NCBI GenBank assembly: GCA_040752415.1
Contig: JBFMGU010000006.1
Span: 7,779 to 71,778 of the forward strand
Origin: Myxococcota bacterium
Lineage (GTDB): Bacteria > Myxococcota > JACRCW01
Reading direction: 5' to 3'
DNA: 64,000 nucleotides
Each line of letters starts with the position of its first letter. Positions within the stretch are counted from its first letter, which is position 1. The notes beneath the pieces were generated by a model that made no database searches, had not been told where the DNA came from, and saw only the letters and a list, made by a program, of their open reading frames with translations. Positions 1 to 8,714 of this stretch are shown piece by piece. Both the position numbers and the translations under genes were made by a program.

Positions 1-736
1 CCTGCGCGGCCTCGACGTGCGCCATGGGCGCGGTCAGCCCCAGGCCCCGCGTGCGGTGGATGATGGTGAACTCACCGAGCAGGTAGTTGGCGAGCCAGGA
101 GTTGTCCCAGTAGCCGGGGTCCCCGGGGAGCAGGGAGTTGCAGGAGGTGATCAGCTCCGCCGTCACGTAGCCGCGCGCAATCCCGTCGCCGTGGTCCTGC
201 CCGCCGCAGCGGCCGCCCCAGTCCTCCACGGGCTGGCCGGTGAGCGCCGCGCGGACCCGCGCCTGGCGCGCCTCGCTCCACGTCGTGGGCGGGAGCGGGT
301 CGCCTTCCACGGTACCGCTGGGGTAGCCGGCGCCGCCCGCCGTGCAGGAGGCAAAGTTGATGTCCTGCGAGAAGTCGCCCTGCGGGCTGATGTCGTCACG
401 CTGGTCCTGTCCGTCGGTGGCGGTGTGCGGCGGCAGGCCGTGGGCGAGCAGCAGGCGCAGGTCCACCTCGGTGACGTCGTAGCCGGTGTTGTAGACGGAG
501 AACGACGTCACCGGCACGCCCAGGTCCGTCCACAACGTCACCTTCACCAGCGTGGCGGTGGCGGAGACGTTGGTGATGACAAAGGAGGTGTTGACGTTGT
601 TGGGGTCGTCCAGGTCCACCTCGAAGTGGGGCAGGAGGAGCAGCTTGGCGGGAGCCACGTCCAGCGTCCCGGGACGGGCCAGCGCGGGCAGCGTGCTCAG
701 CGTGGCGGCAAGGAGGGTGAGGAGACGGATCTTCAT
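1..736 (-). CDS. secreted protein of unknown function. It is a tandem paralog of the gene at 757..1983, and its 3' end runs off the window edge
   Basis: The minus-strand ATG at 736-734 gives MKIRLLTLLAATLSTLPALARP..., a signal peptide, and the frame stays open to base 1. This is why it is absent from the ORF table. It shares motif blocks with the upstream paralog (LL.P.FE.DLD..N; TATDGQDQ.DDISPQGD.SQDINFA.C; ARGYVT). GC3 is high. Confidence 0.6.
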   Translation of the reverse strand, partial: MKIRLLTLLAATLSTLPALARPGTLDVAPAKLLLLPHFEVDLDDPNNVNTSFVITNVSATATLVKVTLWTDLGVPVTSFSVYNTGYDVTEVDLRLLLAHGLPPHTATDGQDQRDDISPQGDFSQDINFASCTAGGAGYPSGTVEGDPLPPTTWSEARQARVRAALTGQPVEDWGGRCGGQDHGDGIARGYVTAELITSCNSLLPGDPGYWDNSWLANYLLGEFTIIHRTRGLGLTAPMAHVEAAQ

Positions 737-756
737 GGCGTCAGCTCCAGGGGCCG

Positions 757-1983
757 TCACGGGTAGGAACCCAGGTGGGCGGGACGCAGGGCGTCGTCGG
801 TGGCGGCGGCGCGCTGCAGGCTCAGGAAGGGACGCACGGCGCCCTGGCGCTCCGGGTGGGTGAGCACCAGCACCACGCCCTGCGCGGCGTCCGGGTCCAT
901 GGCCGGCGCCAGCTCCGTGGGGTCACCGCGGTGATGCAGGGACAGGTGCATCCACCCTTCCCGCGCCACCACCGGCAGCGCGGCCTCGCCCACCACGGTG
1001 CGCGTCACCACGTGCGGAAAGAGCGGCCGCTGCGAGAAGTCCAGCACCTCCTCCTGGCGATCAAAGACCCACAACGCCTCGAGCGGCAGCGTCCCGTAGC
1101 CCGGCCCCTCGTCGCAGGCGAAGTCGGTCACCGCCACCTTGGGGTCGCGCCACACCAACAGCTCCGCGCGGCCGGTCACGTAGGGGATGGCGTAGTTGCC
1201 GGCGAGCGGCTCCCGCCCGTCCAGCCCGCTGTGTCCGACGAGACGGCCGTAGAAGGTGGGCAGGTAGGTGTTGTTTGCCACGCCCGCCTCCAGGTGGACC
1301 GCCGGCGCGCCCGCCGTCTGCGTGCCGTCCACCAGGAAGAATTCACCGAGCAGCCGGTTCTGCCGCGCGGCCACGCCGCCGCCGTTGGGCAGGAAGTACC
1401 CGTCCTCGCCGGGGAAGCGCGGGTCGCAGCTGTTGACCACGTCGACGGTGACGTAGCCCCGGGCCACCCGGTCTCCGCGGGCCGGCGCGGCGCAGCGACC
1501 GGTCTGCCCCGGCAGCGGTGAGCCCGTCAGCGCGGCCTGCACCCGCGCAACCTCGGTGGCGTCGAGCGCCGCGTAAGGGAGCACGCCGTTGCAGGTGGCG
1601 AAGTTGATGTCCTGGGACTGGTCGCCCTGCGGACTGATGGTGTCGGCCTGGTCCTGCCCGTCGGTGGCGGTGGCCGGCAGCGTGCCCGTGAGCACGTCGC
1701 GCAGGCGGAACACCTCCACGTCATAGCCAGTCAGGTACACGTTGAAGCGCAGCACCGGCACGCCGGCCTCCGACCACACCACGACGTTGGTCAGCGTGGC
1801 ATTGGGCTCCCGGTTGCTGATGCCCAGGATGGTGTCCTTCCCATTGGCGGCATCCAGGTCCGCCTCCGCGTACGGGAAGAGCAATGTGGCGGCGGGCACG
1901 TTGTCCTGCGCACCCCACTCGGCGTGGGCGACGGCGGGAAAGGTGGCGCTCAAGGCCAGCGCCAGGGACAGCGAACGTTTCAT
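757..1983 (-). CDS. secreted protein of unknown function (tandem paralog of 1..736)
   Basis: 408-aa ORF with an N-terminal signal peptide MKRSLSLALALSATFPAVAHA. The partial gene 20 bp downstream on the same strand is clearly related. No family assignment is possible by eye. Confidence 0.7.
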   Translation of the reverse strand: MKRSLSLALALSATFPAVAHAEWGAQDNVPAATLLFPYAEADLDAANGKDTILGISNREPNATLTNVVVWSEAGVPVLRFNVYLTGYDVEVFRLRDVLTGTLPATATDGQDQADTISPQGDQSQDINFATCNGVLPYAALDATEVARVQAALTGSPLPGQTGRCAAPARGDRVARGYVTVDVVNSCDPRFPGEDGYFLPNGGGVAARQNRLLGEFFLVDGTQTAGAPAVHLEAGVANNTYLPTFYGRLVGHSGLDGREPLAGNYAIPYVTGRAELLVWRDPKVAVTDFACDEGPGYGTLPLEALWVFDRQEEVLDFSQRPLFPHVVTRTVVGEAALPVVAREGWMHLSLHHRGDPTELAPAMDPDAAQGVVLVLTHPERQGAVRPFLSLQRAAATDDALRPAHLGSYP

Positions 1984-2070
1984 TCAAGGACTCCTTGCCG
2001 GGTGCGCTCTGCAACTGGCGGGCCTTCAAGCACATCACCGCCGCGACGCACAATCGTTTTCCGAGGGCCA

Positions 2071-3618
2071 TCAACGTCGGAGCTGCCACACCTCGAAGCC
2101 ACCACCGGACGGACAACCCGCCCCGCCCTCACCCGCAAACGACGCGAGCAGCTCCGCGCCGGGCTGCCCATCCACGTCCGCCCACGCCAGGTGCCACGGG
2201 CGACAACCCTGCCGCCACGCAGGGGGAGCCAGGGTCAGGGTGGGATGCAGGACGCTCCCGTGGTGGCGCCACATCCGCAGCGTGCCATCCTCCAACGCCA
2301 CGGCGAGCTCCGCGCCCCCTTCGGTGGGTCGCGCAGCCAACGCGGTGATGCGCGCAGGGAGCGGCAGCGCGCGCAGCTCCTGCGTGTCGGCGGGGCCACG
2401 CAAGGTGACCAGGAGGTGCTCCCAGTGGGCGTCGCGCGCGCGCTGCAAACCCAGGAGGGCGTCCAGGCGGCCGTTCCCGTCGAGGTCCACCAGCGTCACC
2501 GCGCTCACCAGCGTGTTCGGAGCGGGCAGGGGCAACGTGCGCACCTCGGTCCCGTCGGGGCGGGACAGTCGCAACAGGTCCGCGGCGCCGGCCCGGGCGC
2601 TGGCCGCCAGCGCGTCGGCGCGACCGTCTCCGTCCACGTCCCCCAGCGCAACGTCGTCGCCGAAGAGCAGGTCCTGCGGCGTGGTCAGCCGCGTGAAGCG
2701 CGTTCCGCGGGAGAGGAACACCTGCAGTCCCGGTGCCGACGTGGTGACGCCAGGACCCTCGCCACCGGGGGGACGCGGCCCGTCGGAGAGCGCCACGAGA
2801 TCGGGATGGCCATCGCCGTCCCAGTCTCCCGCAGCCACCGCTCTCGACGAGAAACCGGCCGGCCCGGAGCGCGTGGGCGCGGGCAGGCCCTCCGTGCGCA
2901 GCTCAAAGCGCCCCGGCGCCACCTGCGCCAGCACCACCACACCGCCGAGGTGGATGCCCAGCGCCAGGTCGGTGCGCCCGTCGCCATCGAAGTCCGCCGC
3001 GGCCGCGTCGCCGTAGTCGTAGGGGCCGGGAGGAATCACCGCTTCGCGCCACGGCGTGAAATGACCGGTGCCGTCGTTGCGCCAGATCTGCGGGCTGCGC
3101 GCACCCTTGCGTGCCGGGCCATGGATGACCTCCAGGTCGCCGTCTCCGTCGATATCGACCACGTCGAACCCGTTGCGCCACTGGCCGGCGCGGGGCAATC
3201 CGCTCTCCAGCTCATGGGCGCTCCACGACGTGGTGGGCTCTTCCACCAACGGCTCGGGCGCGGGAGGCGGGCCGGCGTCGGGACGGGAAACCGCCGGGGC
3301 TTCCTCGATGCGCACGTAGTACGTGAGGGCATCCTCGCCCTCCAGCGCGTAGATGCCGTCGGGGAGCACGCGCAGCGTGGTGGCGCTCACCCGCAGGGTG
3401 CGACCGGGCACCTTGGGAATGCGGCGGGTGGTGACACGCACGCCGGCGTCGGTGGTGCGCCATGCGTCGCCGCCGTCGGGAAGCAGGGGTTGCGGCGTCA
3501 GCGGTCCGGCGTGGGTGGGCGCGTCACAGCCTGGTGGACCGGCGTGCACCGCGGCAACGGCGAGCGACGCGACGAGCGCAGCGACGCTGATGAGAAGTGC
3601 CGAGGTGTCTTCGCGCAT
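2071..3618 (-). CDS. FG-GAP/VCBS repeat-containing secreted protein
   Basis: 515-aa ORF with an N-terminal hydrophobic signal (LLISVAALVASLAVAAVHA). It has repeated D.DGDG / DWDGDG / DVDGDGR / DLDGNGR calcium-binding FG-GAP-like motifs. Antisense ORFs of 1742..3016 and 1924..4041 were rejected. Confidence 0.85.
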   Translation of the reverse strand: MREDTSALLISVAALVASLAVAAVHAGPPGCDAPTHAGPLTPQPLLPDGGDAWRTTDAGVRVTTRRIPKVPGRTLRVSATTLRVLPDGIYALEGEDALTYYVRIEEAPAVSRPDAGPPPAPEPLVEEPTTSWSAHELESGLPRAGQWRNGFDVVDIDGDGDLEVIHGPARKGARSPQIWRNDGTGHFTPWREAVIPPGPYDYGDAAAADFDGDGRTDLALGIHLGGVVVLAQVAPGRFELRTEGLPAPTRSGPAGFSSRAVAAGDWDGDGHPDLVALSDGPRPPGGEGPGVTTSAPGLQVFLSRGTRFTRLTTPQDLLFGDDVALGDVDGDGRADALAASARAGAADLLRLSRPDGTEVRTLPLPAPNTLVSAVTLVDLDGNGRLDALLGLQRARDAHWEHLLVTLRGPADTQELRALPLPARITALAARPTEGGAELAVALEDGTLRMWRHHGSVLHPTLTLAPPAWRQGCRPWHLAWADVDGQPGAELLASFAGEGGAGCPSGGGFEVWQLRR

Positions 3619-3710
3619 GCCGCGCGCCTTCTACGCGATGTGCCACGCCGTGACGAGGGCGAGCTCACGACCGATGCCCCGCCTCGCCAAGCGACACGGC
3701 CCCTGGCCTC

Positions 3711-6700
3711 GTGCCACATACGTCACCCATGTCTTCCTGGGTCATCACCGCGCCGCAGCGCTGGCCGCTCTGCACGCTGGCGTATCTCAAGGGCAAGGGC
3801 CTGGAGTACGCGCGCGAACGGGCGGGCCGGATGCCACGCACCTACCAGCAGGCGCCGCGGCTGGACGGTGACCACCTCCTTGCCACCCTCACCTCCTTCC
3901 CGCCCGACTCCGATCCTCGTCGTGACTCCCGCAACCCGGAGCGCGTGGCCATCCTGGTGGTGCGCGGTCCCCGTCAGACCCAGCTGCGCGTGGAATGCAC
4001 GTGCGGCGTGTACCGGTGTCTGCACGCGCTGGTGCTGCTGACGGACCTGGCGGTGTGGCCGGACTTCACCCGTGCGCTGACGACGGGACGGGACACCTCC
4101 GCGCTGCTCTCCGGCCTCGACGCTCGACGGGTGGGCCAGCTCCACTCCGCGGCCCTGGAGCAGCGGCTGGGCATCTGGATGAAGGTCCCCGCGGCGCGGG
4201 CGCCCCAGCCGGTGCGCTTCGTGGTCTCGCCGCAGTGGCTCACCGCGGAATGGAACGGCTCCCCGCGCGCGGATTCCACGCCGGCACTGGCGCTGGACGT
4301 CTACGTGGGAACCCGCACGCGGCCGCTTTCCGTCGACGAGCTGGAGACCGCCGCGCTCACCACCGCCGACCGCGAGCTGCTGGAGCTGTGCGTGCTCCAC
4401 CGCTTTGGCGGCGGAGGGTTCGCGGCGCGTGGCTCGGTGGCGTCGCAGGTGCTGGCACAGCTGGAGGGCCGCGCGGTGATGCAACCGGCCAACGTGCGAG
4501 AGGACGAGCGCCCCCTGGCATTCGAGCCGTGGCGTCTGCTTCCGCGCGTGGTGCGTCGCACCGTGCCCCGCGGCTGGCTCCCGGGTGAGGCTCCCGACGA
4601 GGACGACGCCACGGTGGACGCCCTGGTGGCGGAGTGGGCCACCGCCGACGGCACGGTGGTCTCACCCATGACGCGCACCATGTTCTACCCGGGGAGGTCT
4701 CCGCGCGTGCTCTTGTGGGACCGCCTGGTGGTGGCGCACGTGGCGCCCGGCGTCGACGCGCTGCTCGCGCTGCACCTGCAGCGTCAGCCGGTGGTGCGCG
4801 TGGATGATTCCACCACCGCCGCGGCGGCCTGGAACACGCTGCGGAACGCCTGGCGGGGACGCGGGGTGGCCCTGCCCGCGCCGGAGCACGTGGAGGTGGC
4901 CACGGAATCCGCGCTGGCGTTGTGGCTCGCCGTCGACGGGAGCACGCTGCAGGTGGAGGCGCGCCTGGTGGCGGAATACGCCTTTGGCGCCTTTGACCTC
5001 CACCCCGACGAGGCCACCCGGGATCCCCGACGGGACGCCGCGCGCGAGGACGCCGCCGTTGCCGCGGTCCAGGAGGCGGGGCTCAGCTACGACGAGGGCC
5101 AACGCCTCTGGACCGCGGAGGACGACGCGGCCGCGCGCTGGTGGCTGCGCGGTGTCGGCTCCCTGCCCGACGTGGAGGTGCGGGTGGCGGAGTCCCTACT
5201 GGGCATCCAGGTGCGCGGCGCGCTCAAACCGCACCTCGGCGTGGGCGTGATGCAGGGCATGCTGGAGGCGTCGCTGGTGCTGGACGTGAACGGCCTGCGC
5301 GCGGACATGGAGGACGTGCGGCAGGCGCTCCGACGGAAGCGGCGCTTCGTCCGGCTCTCCGACGGAACGCTGGCGGAGATGCAGGACCACCTGCGCGCGG
5401 TGCTGGAGGAGAACCCGGAGCTGGTGACCGGGGGCGGCGTGGCGCGCATCCCGCTGCACCAGGGCGCGCGCGTGCACGCGTGGCTCACCGAGCTGGAAGG
5501 CACCACCAGCAACGAGCCCGCGCAAGCCTGGCGTGACGACGTCACCCGCGGTCCATGGGCGGAAGCGGAGCTGCCCGAGGGCCTGACGGTGGACCTGCGT
5601 CCCTACCAGCGCGAGGGCGTGGCGTGGCTGCAATGGCTCACCCGCGTGGGCGCCGGCGGAATCCTCGCCGACGACATGGGGCTGGGGAAGACGGTGCAGA
5701 CGTTGTGCTGGCTGGCCGGGCTGCATCGGGAGAGGGACGCGGGCACGTCGCTGGTGATCTGTCCCACGTCGGTGGCGCACCACTGGGCGGCGGAAGCGGC
5801 GCGCATGATCCCCTCGCTGCGCGTGGAGGTGTGGCACGGCGCGGAGCGCAAACGGCAACGCCCGAAGGAGCTGGACCTGCTGGTGACGACGTACGGCGTG
5901 GTCCGCCAGGACGCCGACTGGCTCTCCCAGCAGACGTGGAAGGCGCTGGTGCTGGACGAGGCGCAGCAGATCAAGAACGCCGACGCCGTCACCTCCCGCG
6001 TGGTGCGCCAGCTCCCGGCCAGCGTGCGCGTGGCGCTGACCGGAACACCGCTGGAGAACCGGCTGCTGGACCTCTGGACGCTGGTGGACCTGGTGAACCC
6101 GGGGCTGCTGGGCCCGCGCAAGCACTTCGAGGCATTCGTGGAGCCGCTGGTGATGCGTGAGCCCGACGGGTGGCAGTCCCGCCGCATCCGCACGCGCGTG
6201 GCGCCCTACATCCTGCGTCGCACCAAGGCCCAGGTGCTGCGCGACCTCCCCGAGAAGATCGAGCAGGACCGGTCCGTGCTGCCCACCATGCAACAGCGGC
6301 GCGTCTATGATGCCGTGGCCGCCATGGCCCGTGCCGACGTGGCCCGCATGCTGCGCAACAAGGGTGTGGAGCAGGCGCGCATCACGGTGCTGGCCGCGCT
6401 GACCCGCCTGCGCCAGGTGGCGTGCGACCCGCGCCTCGTCGACCCGGAGCGTTCCGCGGAGGAGAGCGCCAAGCGCATGGAGTTCCTGGCGCTGGTGGAG
6501 AGCCTGGTGGCGGCGGGACGACGCGTGTTGGTGTTCAGCAGTTTCGTGGAGCTGCTGACGTTGTGGCGCCGGGACCTGCATGAGCTGGGAATCCGCCACG
6601 AGTACCTGGACGGCGCCACGCGCGACCGCGCGGAGGTGGTGCGTCGTTTCCAGGAGGGCGACGCGCCGCTGATGGTGGTGAGCCTGAAGGCGGGCGGTAC

Positions 6701-6986
6701 CGGGCTGAACCTCACCGCCGCCGACGCGGTGATTCTCGTCGACCCGTGGTGGAATCCCGCCGTGGAGGACCAGGCCGCCGACCGCGCGCACCGTCTGGGG
6801 CAGGACCGCGCGGTGACGGTGTACCGCCTCATCACGCGCGGCACCGTCGAGGAGCGCATCCTGCAGCTCAAGCAGCGCAAGCGCGCCCTGGCCGACGTGG
6901 TGCTCTCCGGCGCCCCCAGCCGCACGGTGACGCTGGATCCCACCGAGGCGCTCGATCTCCTCGAGGACGCGGAAGCCTCAGCGTGA
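3711..6986 (+). CDS. SNF2-family DEAD/H helicase with an N-terminal SWIM zinc finger
   Basis: 1091 aa. A SWIM-like C.C...C.H motif (VECTCGVYRCLHAL) lies near the N-terminus. The helicase core has LRPYQREGVAWL, ADDMGLGKTVQ (Walker A), DEAQQIKN (DEAH box) and the helicase C-terminal block (LKAGGTGLNLTAADAVILVDPWWNP, QAADRAHRLGQ). An alternative ATG is at 3729. Confidence 0.9.
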   Translation: MPHTSPMSSWVITAPQRWPLCTLAYLKGKGLEYARERAGRMPRTYQQAPRLDGDHLLATLTSFPPDSDPRRDSRNPERVAILVVRGPRQTQLRVECTCGVYRCLHALVLLTDLAVWPDFTRALTTGRDTSALLSGLDARRVGQLHSAALEQRLGIWMKVPAARAPQPVRFVVSPQWLTAEWNGSPRADSTPALALDVYVGTRTRPLSVDELETAALTTADRELLELCVLHRFGGGGFAARGSVASQVLAQLEGRAVMQPANVREDERPLAFEPWRLLPRVVRRTVPRGWLPGEAPDEDDATVDALVAEWATADGTVVSPMTRTMFYPGRSPRVLLWDRLVVAHVAPGVDALLALHLQRQPVVRVDDSTTAAAAWNTLRNAWRGRGVALPAPEHVEVATESALALWLAVDGSTLQVEARLVAEYAFGAFDLHPDEATRDPRRDAAREDAAVAAVQEAGLSYDEGQRLWTAEDDAAARWWLRGVGSLPDVEVRVAESLLGIQVRGALKPHLGVGVMQGMLEASLVLDVNGLRADMEDVRQALRRKRRFVRLSDGTLAEMQDHLRAVLEENPELVTGGGVARIPLHQGARVHAWLTELEGTTSNEPAQAWRDDVTRGPWAEAELPEGLTVDLRPYQREGVAWLQWLTRVGAGGILADDMGLGKTVQTLCWLAGLHRERDAGTSLVICPTSVAHHWAAEAARMIPSLRVEVWHGAERKRQRPKELDLLVTTYGVVRQDADWLSQQTWKALVLDEAQQIKNADAVTSRVVRQLPASVRVALTGTPLENRLLDLWTLVDLVNPGLLGPRKHFEAFVEPLVMREPDGWQSRRIRTRVAPYILRRTKAQVLRDLPEKIEQDRSVLPTMQQRRVYDAVAAMARADVARMLRNKGVEQARITVLAALTRLRQVACDPRLVDPERSAEESAKRMEFLALVESLVAAGRRVLVFSSFVELLTLWRRDLHELGIRHEYLDGATRDRAEVVRRFQEGDAPLMVVSLKAGGTGLNLTAADAVILVDPWWNPAVEDQAADRAHRLGQDRAVTVYRLITRGTVEERILQLKQRKRALADVVLSGAPSRTVTLDPTEALDLLEDAEASA

Positions 6987-6994
6987 GACGCTTC

Positions 6995-8605
6995 TCAGCG
7001 ACGTCGACGGAGCAGCACCAACAACCCGGCCACCAACAAACCGATGCGCACGTCGGGCGAATCCGGCGTGGCCGCGCAGCGGCAGCCACGCTCACCGGTC
7101 TCGCCATCACTCGCCGCCCCACCGCTGGACATCGTCACCCCGCCTGGCGCACCGCCGCTGGACGAGCTCGCCGCCGCGCTGCTGGAAGAGGATGACGTTG
7201 ACGCAGCGGTGGAGGACGACGAGGACGACGTCAACGACGACGAGGACGACGAGGACGAGGCCGCCGCCGCGCTGCTCGAGGTGCCACCGGTGGTCGCGCC
7301 GGATGCGCTCGTCGAGCTGGCGCTGCCGGTCGCCGCACTGGAGCTCACCGTCGCGCTGGATGTCGTCGTCGCGGAGCTGGACGTCGAGGTGCCGCTGCCG
7401 GACGAGGCGCCGCCGGACGACACACTCGCGCTGGAAGAAGCCGTGGAGCTGGACGTCACTTCCTGCACCGACGACGACACGCCCCCGGTCGACGTGCTCG
7501 ACGCGACCGAACCGCTCGACGCCGCCGAGCTCGAGCTCTCCGCCCCGCCGGTCGAGCTTGCAGCCGACGTGGAGGATGACGCCGAGGAGCTGCTGGAGCT
7601 GGTCGCGGGCAACACGCGAAGCGTCACCGACACGAGCACCGACCCGCTCACCACGTCATCCGAGTGGACGAACATCCCGCCCGAATACACGTCCGCGACC
7701 AGGCCCGTCGGGTCCACGCGCAGCATGAGGGTGGCGGTTTCATCGCTGAGCAGCGTTCCGGATGCGGTCAGCTCGTCCAGCCACGCGTCCTCCGGCCACA
7801 CCGAGGTGGTCCAAGCCACGTCGGTGTGTTGGGCCGGCGTCACCAGCAGCTCCACCGGCACTTCCACCGCCGGCGAACCTTCCTGCACTGAAAGCTCGAC
7901 ATCGGTGGGTTCGACGACGAGCTGGGCGTTGGGTGTCAGCACGTCCGTGCTGGGTGTGTGGGTGGCCGACACGAAGCTGAACACCACCTGCACCGGGAAT
8001 TGCGGAACGGTGAAGGAAAGGAGATCGCCACCCGGCACGCCACCCTGGCCATAGTTTTCGTCCCAGGAGAGGTTGATCGCGGCCTTCCAGGACCACGTCC
8101 CGGGCGGCAGCTGGGAATCCAACGTCATCGTGTAGACGCCGTCTCCGCCGACGTCCTGGAGCCAGCTCCGCATGCAGTCGGGCGTCCAGTCACCCGGGCA
8201 GCCGATCTGGCTCTGGTAGTCGCCCGGCGCGGTGACGATGCGATGCGAAACGTTGTTGGGTGCCCAGTGGGTCCGCTCGCTGAAGTAGAACCGCACGTTC
8301 TGGGCGGAAGCCAGCTCCAGCGTGTACGACTCTCCATTGGGAACGCCGCCCACACCGTAGTTCTCTTCCCAGCTGTTGTTGATCGCGATCTTGTATTGCC
8401 AGGTGCCGGCAGGGACGAAAGCGCTGAACCGCCACACGTCGTCGAAGCCACGGGTGAGCTGCGTGTTGCCGCACGTGGGGTCCCAGTCCGCGGGGCAGCC
8501 GAGCGCCGATTGGAGGGAACCGGCCAGCGTCACGGAGGCGGGCTGGGCGCTGGCGCCGACGGGACTCAGCAGGAGAACGGCAATGAAGACATGGCTGCGG
8601 CGCAT
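6995..8605 (-). CDS. secreted protein with two tandem carbohydrate-binding-like (pullulanase-associated-domain-like) modules and a MYXO-CTERM-type sorting tail
   Basis: Signal peptide MRRSHVFIAVLLLSPVGASA. The table ORF starts 11 codons earlier at 8638. Two ~100-aa repeats carry G.LQSALGCP.DW.P.C ... W.YK.AIN.SW.ENYG. A ~190-aa Ser/Thr/Ala low-complexity linker follows. The C-terminus GCRCAATPDSP..IGLLVAGLLVLLRRRR has the Cys, hydrophobic helix and Arg cluster typical of the Myxococcales MYXO-CTERM signal. Confidence 0.8.
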   Translation of the reverse strand: MRRSHVFIAVLLLSPVGASAQPASVTLAGSLQSALGCPADWDPTCGNTQLTRGFDDVWRFSAFVPAGTWQYKIAINNSWEENYGVGGVPNGESYTLELASAQNVRFYFSERTHWAPNNVSHRIVTAPGDYQSQIGCPGDWTPDCMRSWLQDVGGDGVYTMTLDSQLPPGTWSWKAAINLSWDENYGQGGVPGGDLLSFTVPQFPVQVVFSFVSATHTPSTDVLTPNAQLVVEPTDVELSVQEGSPAVEVPVELLVTPAQHTDVAWTTSVWPEDAWLDELTASGTLLSDETATLMLRVDPTGLVADVYSGGMFVHSDDVVSGSVLVSVTLRVLPATSSSSSSASSSTSAASSTGGAESSSSAASSGSVASSTSTGGVSSSVQEVTSSSTASSSASVSSGGASSGSGTSTSSSATTTSSATVSSSAATGSASSTSASGATTGGTSSSAAAASSSSSSSSLTSSSSSSTAASTSSSSSSAAASSSSGGAPGGVTMSSGGAASDGETGERGCRCAATPDSPDVRIGLLVAGLLVLLRRRR

Positions 8606-8714
8606 TGACACTCCGGACGAAGAGTATGCTCTTAGCACAGCTTCGGATCCGGGATGGCCGTTGCGCGAATGTCATCCGGGCAGCCCGGGCAACGTTGGTT
8701 CAATCGCCGCTCTC

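Noticed and set aside
1742-4041. Long plus-strand ORFs (1742..3016, 1924..4041) encoding Arg/Pro/Gly/Ala-rich polypeptides
   Set aside because: They are antisense or alternative-frame to the FG-GAP gene 2071..3618 and the start of the SNF2 gene. They have no signal, no motifs and poor start context. They are typical high-GC frame artefacts.
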